NCBI GenBank assembly: GCA_963779615.1
Contig: CAVZZA010000003.1
Coordinates: forward strand, 32,001 to 96,000
Direction of reading: 5' to 3'
Length of the DNA: 64,000 nucleotides
DNA from: an uncultured Nitrososphaeraceae archaeon
GTDB lineage: Archaea > Thermoproteota > Nitrososphaeria > Nitrososphaerales > Nitrososphaeraceae
Positions 46,966 through 56,107 of the stretch are shown here, in pieces. Each line of letters starts with the position of its first letter. Position 1 is the first letter of the stretch. The notes below the pieces were generated by a model, which searched no databases, was not told the DNA's origin, and worked only from the letters and a program-made list of their open reading frames with translations. The position numbers and the translations under genes are program-made.

Positions 46966-47142
46966 ATGCCTATAATAACTGTTGATATGTATAGTGGAAG
47001 AACCCAAAGAGAAAAAGACAAATTAGCAGAGGCAATCACCGAGGACGTAGTAAAAATACTAGGTGTAACAAAAGAGGAGGTCATAATAGTTTTCAATGAG
47101 CTATCTCATGGGAATTGGTATGCCTCAGGTATTCGCCTCTAA
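46966..47142 (+). CDS. 4-oxalocrotonate tautomerase family protein (58 aa)
   Basis: MPIITVDMYSGRTQREKDKLAEAITEDVVKILGVTKEEVIIVFNELSHGNWYASGIRL*, with catalytic Pro1 and GRT. It is missing from the ORF track. Confidence 0.9.
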   Translation: MPIITVDMYSGRTQREKDKLAEAITEDVVKILGVTKEEVIIVFNELSHGNWYASGIRL

Positions 47143-47337
47143 TAAAAAACCAAAAAAAACAACAATAAACCTTGCTTAATGATGATAAAACTCATTCAAA
47201 ATTATTGTTGATTTTAGCAGACTAGTTTTGTTTTTTTCAGTAGGGCTTTCTTTCTATTGCCATAATCTCTATTTTTTTGTATTTGGTTCATTTAGACACA
47301 AGCAAAATATATCTTTCTGTAAACAAATACTGATTGT

Positions 47338-47985
47338 ATTAACAATACGTCAATCAATCCTAAAGACGAATGGTCATCAGAACAGCATGCCCGGGCTTTT
47401 TTGAAAAAAGCCAATAATATACCCCATAGATCAGAGGGGGAGGATGTTTTGTTTGACCACATTCCAAAGGAGGCAATCCGAGTGTTAGACCTTGGAACAG
47501 GAGACGGTAGATTGCTAAGATTGTTAAAAAACAAAATTCCAGACATGCGTGCGGTTGCCATGGATGTTTCGCCTATAATGCTAGAGTCGGTAAAGAGCAA
47601 TTTTGCTAATGACTCTAGTGTACAAATAATAGAGCATGATCTTGGCAATTCCCTACCAAATATAGGATGTTTTGATGCAGTTATCTCTGGCTTTACCATA
47701 CATCATTTAAGCCATGAACGTAAGCGTTCACTTTTTAAAGAAACCTATGATATGCTTAACCCCAAAGGAATATTTTGCAATTTGGATAATGTTGCTTCAA
47801 CTTCCGAGAAACACCATATTCGATTTCTTTATGCAATAGGCTTTGCACCCGAAACTGAAAGTAAATCTGATAACCTGTTACCTATGGAAATACAATTAGA
47901 GTGGCTAAGGGAGATAGGGTTCAAGGATGTAGATTGCTACTGGAAATGGCTAGAATTTGCTCTTTTAATCGGATATAAATTATAA
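47338..47985 (+). CDS. Class I SAM-dependent methyltransferase
   Basis: VLDLGTGDG, FDAVISGFTIHHL, LNPKGIF and DCYWKW. The frame is open upstream of TTG 47401 back to 47323, so the start is uncertain. Confidence 0.85.
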   Translation: MNNTSINPKDEWSSEQHARAFLKKANNIPHRSEGEDVLFDHIPKEAIRVLDLGTGDGRLLRLLKNKIPDMRAVAMDVSPIMLESVKSNFANDSSVQIIEHDLGNSLPNIGCFDAVISGFTIHHLSHERKRSLFKETYDMLNPKGIFCNLDNVASTSEKHHIRFLYAIGFAPETESKSDNLLPMEIQLEWLREIGFKDVDCYWKWLEFALLIGYKL

Positions 47986-49544
47986 ATAGACACAGCAAAA
48001 TGAATTTTCTTTTTTTTCAGGAGGTTTACCTTTGAAAGAAGTTTGAATAAAACTAGAGATTCAGGACATATAGAATGATTTTTCTTTTCTTTAATATGTT
48101 GAGCCTGCAATATTATGTTGATATTTGTAATGTCCATAATTATTTTTAATGCAGAACAAACTATTTATTTAAAACTTACTTTGATTATCTTTACCGCACT
48201 TTTGTCTTTTTACTATATCAAACTATAGTATCACTAAATGAAGCTTGAACTAATATTCTAACTAAACCAAATAGACAACACCACAATTGCAAAAACAATG
48301 AAAAATTAATCTTTATACATTCATGGCTGCTCGGCTTGCGGTATCCTTAGAACGAATCCTTAAGTAATAACAAACGAGTAAATTATGATTTCCGTCAAGG
48401 CGTTCCATAAAACAATAAACATTTAGAAAAGATGCCACAATATTAAATATAAAATCAAACCCAATAGTACAAAGGATATCAAATAGACATAGAGAAAATT
48501 TTTAGGTTAAGAAAATTGACATTGGCCCAAGGGCGCAAATGGGAATATCCGTTCTTTAAAACACACCCCATTTTTTACAATATCTGTATTTTTTTTAGGA
48601 AAAAGGGCATAATTGGTGACAGCAAAACAATATTAAACTTTTAACTCGTGGAAATTTATAAGGTTTCCTAAATGAAAGCCAAAAAAGGGGGATGGGTTTT
48701 TTGCGTTAATGGGAGGTATCCGTATGTTCCTTTAGTTCTTGTCGAGAATTAAATTTCTGATCACATTTATCACATGAGAATGTTGCGTCTACGTTAGTAG
48801 AACTTTCATCAGATTGTTCTCCGCTATCTACTTTATCATAACTCATTGTTTTCAGTTACATATCATAATATATAAGATACCTGCGTCTTTTTTATGGCGA
48901 TGGACTTGGACGTCATCTTTTTTTATTGAAAAAACAGCTGTTCTTTACATTTAAATAGAGATGTAGGCCACCTCCAAATTTTCTTCCTCTTTTGTTGTCT
49001 TTTCTTTTTGATTCAAGATGTTATAATTCAATTCATTTTTGTGACACCTTTTTGTTATCCATTTGTTGTTGTAAACAATGTCTAACTGGATCCTTTGGCA
49101 CTGGTGAATGGTCCAAAAACCAATGCTTTTTGGACAGCCTATCATACGGGAGCAAAGAAGTTAGTTGGAACAAGTCTAGCGCACCAGTCCAGCCCATGAC
49201 CTTTAACAATAGTTCTTTCAAAAGCAATGACAGGAATGTGCCACTGCATTCAGAAAAAAATGTACCAGGTAAGGAATTAGTAGATAGTGTAAGGCAGAGG
49301 AAATACGTAAAAAGGGAGCAGGCAAGGGAATTGGGTGAACTTAACTACAGCAAAAATGGCATGGGCATAACCATTCAGGACATGACGTCTTGGATTCAGT
49401 TTTCTTAACCATTATAGAATGTTTTGCTGTGAGTTATTATGCAACAACCTTTTCAAACTTCCTCTCCTAACTCCATACCGATCATTGCCATCAAACATAC
49501 GGTTGGAGAGAAAAGTAGAATAGCTCATTGCCGGCCAAACAAGG

Positions 49545-49601
49545 ATTTGTTAAATGTAATATTTTGGTTCAGGATTTAGCACACCATTTAACAAATGTTA
49601 A
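49545..49601 (+). promoter_or_regulatory. Inverted repeat / candidate operator upstream of glnA
   Basis: ATTTGTTAAATG (49545-56) and CATTTAACAAAT (49585-96) are perfect 12-bp inverted arms. The near-palindrome TTAACAAATGTTAA (49588-601) overlaps, next to a TATA-like TTTAAA at about 49612. Confidence 0.5.
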
Positions 49602-49678
49602 GTAAAATCAATTTAAAGTTATCATTAATAAATAGAAAAGTACGGAAAGTTTATCTTTATTATTGCAGGAAATTATGA

Positions 49679-51187
49679 ATGCAGGTAGGAAAAATCTACA
49701 GAAATTCCTCATTAGACATAACAAATGAATTAGAAAAGGCCGAAATAAAGTGGGTAAGACTAAATTTTTGCGATCCTTTGGGTTATCTTCATCAAATTTC
49801 TGTCAACAGCAAGGAGATTACAGAGGATGCATTTAAGCAAGGACTACCAAGGCTCGATGGCAGCTCCATAAAAGGATTTAAGGAGATCTATGAGTCAGAT
49901 ATGCTGCTCAAACCCGACCCTTCCACTTTTGCCATATTGCCAGACTATTTTGACAAAAATCACCATCAGACTAGGGACTGCACATATCCTTCAATGGCGG
50001 CACGCATGTTTGTCGATATTTATGAGGGATTCGGTGGAAAAAGGTATTCTAGGGATAGCAGATATATCGCACAAAAAGCCGAAGAGGTATTGAATGACAA
50101 AGGCTTTGAGAAGAGTTATTGGGGGCCCGAGTTGGAATTTTTTGTTTTCAACAAAATTACTCTCCTACCAAATCCCATGTCCTCCGTAAATTGTTCTGGT
50201 GGGTCGGGATACTCTATTGAATCCTCCGAGGCACCGTGGAACTCCTCCAATGACAGTGGGTACACCATTCCATTTAAGGGAGGCTACTTTCCTGCTCCCC
50301 CAGCAGACAGTTTGACAGATTTAAGAGATGAAGTTTCGGAAACTTTGCAAGAGTTTTTTGGAATAAGAGTTGATGCCCATCACCACGAGGTCGCGACAGC
50401 CGGACAATGTGAGATTCAGATGGTATATGATGAGCTTACACACATGGCAGACAACGTAATTACCTACAAGAAGACAGTAAAGGAAGTCGCGGCCAAACGC
50501 CATATGATTGCAAATTTTATGCCAAAACCAATAGCGCTTGATAATGGTTCTGGTATGCATGTGAGCCAGAGCTTGTGGACAAAAAGGAAGCATGGAAATG
50601 ACATGAATGTGTTCTTTGATATTTCCGACGAATACGCAGAGCTAAGCCAAACCGCCCATTACTATATTGGAGGATTAATAGAGCATGCAAGGTCGCTTTG
50701 CGCTATAACAAACCCCACAACCAATTCCTACAGGAGATTAGTCCCTGGGTATGAAGCCCCAATAAATGTGGCATGGAGTAAAATGAATAGATCGGCCAGT
50801 ATAAGAATTCCTGCCCACTTCAAAAACATGGAGAGGCAGAAAAGAATAGAGTACAGAACACCTGATCCAAGTTCAAACATCTACCTTGTGGAGGCTGCGT
50901 TGTTGTTGGCAGGTCTTGATGGGATAAACAAAAAAATTTCGCCACCAGACCACATAGATAAGGACATTTACAAACTTACAGAACAACAAAAAAGAGAAGG
51001 AGGAATCAAGAAATTACCCACTTCATTATTGGACGCTATTGAGTCTTTGGAATCAGACAATGAGTTTTTGAAGCCAGTTTTTACAAATGACTTCCTTGAA
51101 ACATACTTCCAGATCAGAAAAGATGAGTATACAGCAGTTGCAGCAGTTCCCTCACCGAGAGAATTTTATATGTACGGGAATATCTAG
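49679..51187 (+). CDS. glnA: Glutamine synthetase type I
   Basis: DGSSIKGF, DMLLKPD, GPELEFF, GGYFP, HHHEVATAGQ, FMPKP...NGSGMH, NSYRRLVPGYEAP, NRSASIRIP and RIEYRTPDP, plus a GSI-beta-type insertion (GYSIESSEAPWNS). Confidence 0.97.
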   Translation: MQVGKIYRNSSLDITNELEKAEIKWVRLNFCDPLGYLHQISVNSKEITEDAFKQGLPRLDGSSIKGFKEIYESDMLLKPDPSTFAILPDYFDKNHHQTRDCTYPSMAARMFVDIYEGFGGKRYSRDSRYIAQKAEEVLNDKGFEKSYWGPELEFFVFNKITLLPNPMSSVNCSGGSGYSIESSEAPWNSSNDSGYTIPFKGGYFPAPPADSLTDLRDEVSETLQEFFGIRVDAHHHEVATAGQCEIQMVYDELTHMADNVITYKKTVKEVAAKRHMIANFMPKPIALDNGSGMHVSQSLWTKRKHGNDMNVFFDISDEYAELSQTAHYYIGGLIEHARSLCAITNPTTNSYRRLVPGYEAPINVAWSKMNRSASIRIPAHFKNMERQKRIEYRTPDPSSNIYLVEAALLLAGLDGINKKISPPDHIDKDIYKLTEQQKREGGIKKLPTSLLDAIESLESDNEFLKPVFTNDFLETYFQIRKDEYTAVAAVPSPREFYMYGNI

Positions 51188-51805
51188 TTAAAGACATGTC
51201 GTATCCTAAAGATGTATTGGAGACTAAAGGAAACCTTCTGAAGGAATCTTCTGCTTCTTCTTATTCTCCTATTCTAACAGACAATATTTCGAATTCTCAT
51301 TATTATGACAAGACAAAGATAATCCTAGACGCAAGAAAAGCATTTGATGGGCTTATCCCATATTCAGGATTAGGCGCCAATTCAACGAATGATTATTTTT
51401 CATCTATTGATTTTATTGGCGGTGGAAAACTTAAAGCAGATGAAGACTACAGCGATGTGGATCTATCAGTAACGATTGAGAGCGTTATTTATATGTATGG
51501 GAATGTCTAGTTAAAGATATGTCGTATCCTAAAGATGTATTGGAGATTAAAAGAAACCTTCTGAAGGAATCTTCTGCTTCTTCTAGTAGTATTTTAGATA
51601 ATATTTCGAATTCTCATTATTATGACAAGACAAAGATAATCCTAGACGCAAGAAAAGCATTTGATGGGCTTATCCCATATTCAGGATTAGGCGCCAATTC
51701 AACGAATGATTATTTTTCATCTATTGATTTTATTGGCGGTGGAAAACTTAAAGCAGATGAAGACTACAGCGATGTGGATCTATCATTAACGATTGGAGGA
51801 CGTTA
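51165..51805 (+). repeat. Tandem duplication of about 320 bp (glnA 3' end + spacer + 5' of the FMN-subunit gene)
   Basis: Copy 1 is 51165-51487 and copy 2 is 51488-~51805. A 186-nt core is identical (51283-51468 = 51600-51785); the flanks differ. Confidence 0.95.
51196..51510 (+). CDS. Truncated duplicate of the FMN-subunit N-terminus fused in frame to a copy of the GlnA C-terminal peptide
   Basis: Residues 1-~95 match the next ORF, and it ends YMYGNV*, whereas GlnA ends YMYGNI*. Confidence 0.5.
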   Translation: MSYPKDVLETKGNLLKESSASSYSPILTDNISNSHYYDKTKIILDARKAFDGLIPYSGLGANSTNDYFSSIDFIGGGKLKADEDYSDVDLSVTIESVIYMYGNV

Positions 51806-52988
51806 CTCAAATAATGTTATAACATCAGACATACCATTTTTTGTTTCTGGTATGAGCTATGGTTCATTGAAGCTTCCTGCAAAAATAGCATTGCACATAG
51901 CATTAAACAAACTTGCTATTGAAGATGGGATAAGAGTAATAATGAATACTGGTGAAGGTGGAGCATTGCCATGGGAAATCTATGGCTCGGATACTAAAAA
52001 TAATAGTATAATGGAATATGCTGAAAGGCTGCTTAGGGAGCACAATTTAGACAGTATAGATAGAGAACAACTTTTCCAAAGGCATTATCCTTTGGTAGTT
52101 CAATATGCGTCAGGCAGATTTTGGAGAGACCCTAACTACTTGTTGATACCGGATGCGATAGAAATCAAGATAGGTCAGGGTGCAAAAATAGGACATGGAG
52201 GAATGTTACCAGGTTCAAAGGTAACGGAGCTCGTAGCTGAGAATCGTGGAATACCTCCTTATAGATCAGCTTACTCGCCTTCAAGACATTTAGATATCTT
52301 GGGGCCTGAGGATTTGGTTGCCAAGATCCTTGAATTAAGAGAACTCACTGATTGGAAGGTTCCAATAATTGTAAAGGTAGGGGCTTCAAGAGCTTATGAT
52401 GACATTCAGATAATACTCAAATCTTATGCAGATTCTGCTGCCATAGATGGAATTGTGGGAGGTACTGGTGCGGCTCCATGGGAGATTCGAGATATTGTTG
52501 GAATAAATACAATACCTTCGATAAGGTTGGGAAAAAATGCAATAAATGATTATTATTTGAATAACGAGACAAATGAGTTTAAACTACTCGCCCATGGTGG
52601 TATTTGGGATTCGAAACGAATTGCAAAATGCATTGCTCTTGGAGCAAATGGAGTAGGCATAGGTACAGGGTTTCTCATATCAATGGGGTGTACATTGATT
52701 CAAGACTGTTATACTAATACTTGTCCTGCAGGCTTAACCGGCTCATTTGAAAAGCTTGATATAGAATTCAGTGTAAAGAGAATAATCAATTACATTAAGG
52801 GAACAATGATCGAACTGCAAAATATTGTAGGTTCATTAGGGAAGAAAAGAATCAAAGACCTTGGCCGAGAGGATCTTATTGCTACTGATGAAATATCAAG
52901 CATAGTATCGGGACTCTATAACAATAAGAATGTAAAGGCAGAGGATCATAGAATGTATGGAAAAAAAATTGCTGAGTTAAAAAATTGA
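51519..52988 (+). CDS. Glutamate synthase FMN-binding subunit (archaeal GltB2 / GlxD-MgsC-like)
   Basis: MSYGSL, NTGEGG, QYASGRF, IEIKIGQGAKIGHGGML, IIVKVG, IDG..GGTGAAP and [3Fe-4S] motif CTLIQDCYTNTCPAG. Confidence 0.92.
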   Translation: MSYPKDVLEIKRNLLKESSASSSSILDNISNSHYYDKTKIILDARKAFDGLIPYSGLGANSTNDYFSSIDFIGGGKLKADEDYSDVDLSLTIGGRYSNNVITSDIPFFVSGMSYGSLKLPAKIALHIALNKLAIEDGIRVIMNTGEGGALPWEIYGSDTKNNSIMEYAERLLREHNLDSIDREQLFQRHYPLVVQYASGRFWRDPNYLLIPDAIEIKIGQGAKIGHGGMLPGSKVTELVAENRGIPPYRSAYSPSRHLDILGPEDLVAKILELRELTDWKVPIIVKVGASRAYDDIQIILKSYADSAAIDGIVGGTGAAPWEIRDIVGINTIPSIRLGKNAINDYYLNNETNEFKLLAHGGIWDSKRIAKCIALGANGVGIGTGFLISMGCTLIQDCYTNTCPAGLTGSFEKLDIEFSVKRIINYIKGTMIELQNIVGSLGKKRIKDLGREDLIATDEISSIVSGLYNNKNVKAEDHRMYGKKIAELKN

Positions 52989-54145
52989 ATCCCAAAGAGA
53001 AATTTATTATAAGGTCTTCGATCCTAGAATTAGCAGAAACTGGTACTCCTCGCAGTATTTCAATAGATGAAAAAATAAGAATGGATCACAAAGAAAGAGG
53101 AAATGAAAATACAACAACAAACATCTGGGATTGCATAACTGCGTTGGGTGCACAATTATCAAGGCCCCCCTATGATCCATATCGGGAGATAATAAATCTT
53201 GGAATATCTGTAGGCAGAAGACAATGTCCAACTAAGGTTATTTTATCTATGCCCCTGATGATTTATGATAACGATAGGAAGATAGAAGAAGCGCCTTTGG
53301 AGGCTCTACATGTTGCATTGAATTGGCTTGCTGTTAATGACAATATAAATTTAGGATTGGTTTCAGAAAATAGAGTAAACAATAGTAGAAAGTACCCACA
53401 TTTTAAACGAATAAGCGAAAGATCAATAGGGGAGGAGGATTATGATTCTGAAGGACTTGTATTACAATACAACAGTGGCAAATCCCTACAATTTCTAACA
53501 GAGATGAGGAAAGAATTCAGCGGCCCAATTCTTGTAGAGATTGATGATGATTTTGAGAGATACATTGGATCATTGCTGGATGCAGGAGCTGATGGAATTA
53601 TTGCAGATACTGTTAAAATAACAAACAAAGAGAGGTACCAAGGAAAACATGCAGTAACAGTAATACACAAGGTACGATGCGCTATAAACCAATACTATGC
53701 TGGAAAAGAAAATGATGGTACGTTATTAATGGTTGCAGGGGACTTGAATAATACAGGCAGAATTGTAAAAGCTGCTGCATTGGGTGCGGATATTATTGGA
53801 TACTCCACCAGTTTGTTGATTGCAAATGCTGCAATTCATCATGATAACCCATCCAACATAAATGCAATATCAGAAAGGATCTGTAGACACATTCAGGCCA
53901 CCAAAGGAGAACTTAAAGGAGTACCTGCCGCATTAGGATACAGTAATTTCTATAACATATCACCTGCGGATTTGCGTACCTCTAGTATCGAGGCAAGTTT
54001 ACAGGCGGATATTGCCATAGAAGGAGTGGATAAAACTTATCGCCAAATAATTGAGGAATCGACAGGTGAACATGCCATAGAAGAAGGAATGGAAATTGAT
54101 AAAGATAAAAATCAGAAACTTAGTTGCATATCTATTGATAAATAG
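52985..54145 (+). CDS. Degenerate glutamate synthase FMN-barrel paralogue
   Basis: AQLSRPPYDPYRE, AGADGII, LMVAGDL...VKAAALGAD and ADLR are present. The GQGAK loop and Fe-S cysteines are absent. Its TTG overlaps the upstream TGA (TTGA). Confidence 0.8.
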   Translation: MNPKEKFIIRSSILELAETGTPRSISIDEKIRMDHKERGNENTTTNIWDCITALGAQLSRPPYDPYREIINLGISVGRRQCPTKVILSMPLMIYDNDRKIEEAPLEALHVALNWLAVNDNINLGLVSENRVNNSRKYPHFKRISERSIGEEDYDSEGLVLQYNSGKSLQFLTEMRKEFSGPILVEIDDDFERYIGSLLDAGADGIIADTVKITNKERYQGKHAVTVIHKVRCAINQYYAGKENDGTLLMVAGDLNNTGRIVKAAALGADIIGYSTSLLIANAAIHHDNPSNINAISERICRHIQATKGELKGVPAALGYSNFYNISPADLRTSSIEASLQADIAIEGVDKTYRQIIEESTGEHAIEEGMEIDKDKNQKLSCISIDK

Positions 54146-54167
54146 TTAAGGAGGGGACGGAAGGAAC

Positions 54168-55025
54168 ATGTGTGGCATTTGCGGAATTATATTAAAAGAT
54201 CACAATCCAAACTTTTCAATCGGTGCTCTGCTTTATCAGATGATGGAAGGCCAGCAGGTAAGAGCTCAAGATAGTGCAGGCATAGCCATTTTTAATAATG
54301 GAAATAGAGGTAATAACGATTCACTATATAATCTTACCTACCTTATGAAATCTCCTACTGGATACGAGTTGAGAGAAGAAAAAAGGCCTTTAAATGAACA
54401 AGATCGACGTGCTTCCAGATTAATCAAGGATGATCGGGTTTCTATAATAGGTTGTTCAAAAGAAATGAAGTTGGTCAAAGATGTAGGCCTTGTAAGAGAT
54501 CTTGATAAAAAATATGATATAAAATCAATGCAAGGATCTCACGGTATTGGACATTTAAGAATAGCAACGAGCAGTAGAGTTGACATGCATAATGCCCATC
54601 CATTCAGTACTACAGTCATGCCCGATATAGCAGTTGTGCATAATGGAGAAATCACAAATTATTCCAAATTAAAGAATTCGCTTGAGATTCAAGGATACCC
54701 TTTCTATTCTAATTGTGATTCAGAGGTCATAGCTGTTTTTCTTGCTGACCAGTTGTTAAAGCATGGAGACATAGAAAGGGCACATAATGAATTTATTCAA
54801 AAAGCCGATGGGCCATTTACCTATATTGCTGCTACAAATCATTCATTATCATTGATAAGGGATAGATTTGGAACAAGAAAGGGGATTGTAGGATACAATC
54901 CAGGAGGAGAGGGCCATCCTGCATTCTGGGCAATGGCAACGGATCTATCTGCATTAGATATTGTCGGAGCTAACGAAGATGTGAAAGCAGCGTCACCAGG
55001 CAAATCACTAATTTTCACAGTATAA
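54168..55025 (+). CDS. Class II (Ntn) glutamine amidotransferase subunit (GltB1 / GlxB-MgsA-like)
   Basis: N-terminal MCGI, DSAG, GIGHLRIAT, AHPF, VVHNGEITNY, DSEV and RDRFG, with SD-like AAGGAGG at 54148-54154. Confidence 0.92.
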   Translation: MCGICGIILKDHNPNFSIGALLYQMMEGQQVRAQDSAGIAIFNNGNRGNNDSLYNLTYLMKSPTGYELREEKRPLNEQDRRASRLIKDDRVSIIGCSKEMKLVKDVGLVRDLDKKYDIKSMQGSHGIGHLRIATSSRVDMHNAHPFSTTVMPDIAVVHNGEITNYSKLKNSLEIQGYPFYSNCDSEVIAVFLADQLLKHGDIERAHNEFIQKADGPFTYIAATNHSLSLIRDRFGTRKGIVGYNPGGEGHPAFWAMATDLSALDIVGANEDVKAASPGKSLIFTV

Positions 55026-55065
55026 TAAATAAATTAATAAAGCCATATCTAAAAAACAAAGACAA

Positions 55066-55995
55066 ATGTGTTATACGTTAGATATCGATGAATTACGAGC
55101 AATAGTAAAGGACATAGGCTCAAAGGTATCTAATCCAGATGCACAATTTGAAAGTGTCAACAACGCTTTTGAGAAGAATTTTGGAACAAAACTTCCTTAT
55201 GGATTAAAACGCGCATCTATAGAAAAATTTGGGGATGTTGCAAGTTCTCCCCTAATAATGGAAAGGGCAATTAACTCCATAATAAAAAAAAAGGTGGCAG
55301 CGGGTGAAACTAAAATCATACTAAAAAATCCAAAAGCCCTTTACAGAATAGGGATACTTGGTTATGATGAGACTATAAAATTAGACATGACAGTGGAAGG
55401 AAATGTTGGCAATTTTTTTGGCGCATTTTGCAACTTTGATGGAACCTGGATAGTTAATGGAAACGCCGAGAATGGATTGGCGGACAAGGGGTACAAAGGA
55501 AAAATAATTGTGGAAGGGTTTGCCACAGAACTTGCATGCCAAAACAATCAAGCAACCAAATTCAGTAATGGTGTCGATCTCTTGATTAAAAAAGGGTGTA
55601 TGGAGAGAGCTATGGGTCAAGCCAGGGGAGGAAGGTTGGTAACTTTTGGCGCAGGATACAATTCTGGTCTGTACATGTCAGGGGGAGTATTGCTTAATTT
55701 GGGCCTACCGGGAGAACTGTTTGGCCCTGGAATGGTTGGTGGCGTTATTTATTCTCCTGAAGGAACTACTGCAGCAGACGGTGCGGTTATCAATAAATTA
55801 AAGGTGGAAGATTATTCAATTATTAAAGAAACACTACGGGTATTTGAAAATGAGTTACGGATAGAGCAACTAGATAATTTATCCATGGAAAACCCGACAG
55901 TGTATTTAACCAACAATGTTATTAAAGATAATCAAAAGTATAACATAAGTGACTTTATCAAAATAGTCCCAAATATAACCAATTCTCATAACTAG
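55066..55995 (+). CDS. GXGXG beta-helix subunit (GltB3 / GlxC-MgsB / FwdC-like)
   Basis: VEGNVGNFFGAF, VNGNAENGLA, GAGYNSGLYMSGG and FGPGMVGGVIY repeats. Confidence 0.88.
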   Translation: MCYTLDIDELRAIVKDIGSKVSNPDAQFESVNNAFEKNFGTKLPYGLKRASIEKFGDVASSPLIMERAINSIIKKKVAAGETKIILKNPKALYRIGILGYDETIKLDMTVEGNVGNFFGAFCNFDGTWIVNGNAENGLADKGYKGKIIVEGFATELACQNNQATKFSNGVDLLIKKGCMERAMGQARGGRLVTFGAGYNSGLYMSGGVLLNLGLPGELFGPGMVGGVIYSPEGTTAADGAVINKLKVEDYSIIKETLRVFENELRIEQLDNLSMENPTVYLTNNVIKDNQKYNISDFIKIVPNITNSHN

Positions 55996-56107
55996 TGATT
56001 AGTGACAAAGCTATCCTCAAATTCACGGATGACGTATGATCAATATCCGGTCTTTAAGGCTGAACAGATGTTAAAACGGCTTTAATAAGCGCCTGTGAAC
56101 TTGATTG

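Noticed and set aside
48992-49408. 138-aa ORF upstream of glnA as a leader or regulator
   Set aside because: It has a TTG start, an unnatural N-terminal half and no recognisable domain. It is more likely a decayed gene fragment.
49679-51187. Calling the GS gmaS/glnT
   Set aside because: It has canonical GSI ammonium-site motifs and a GSI-beta insertion. This reading is kept only as an alternative hypothesis.
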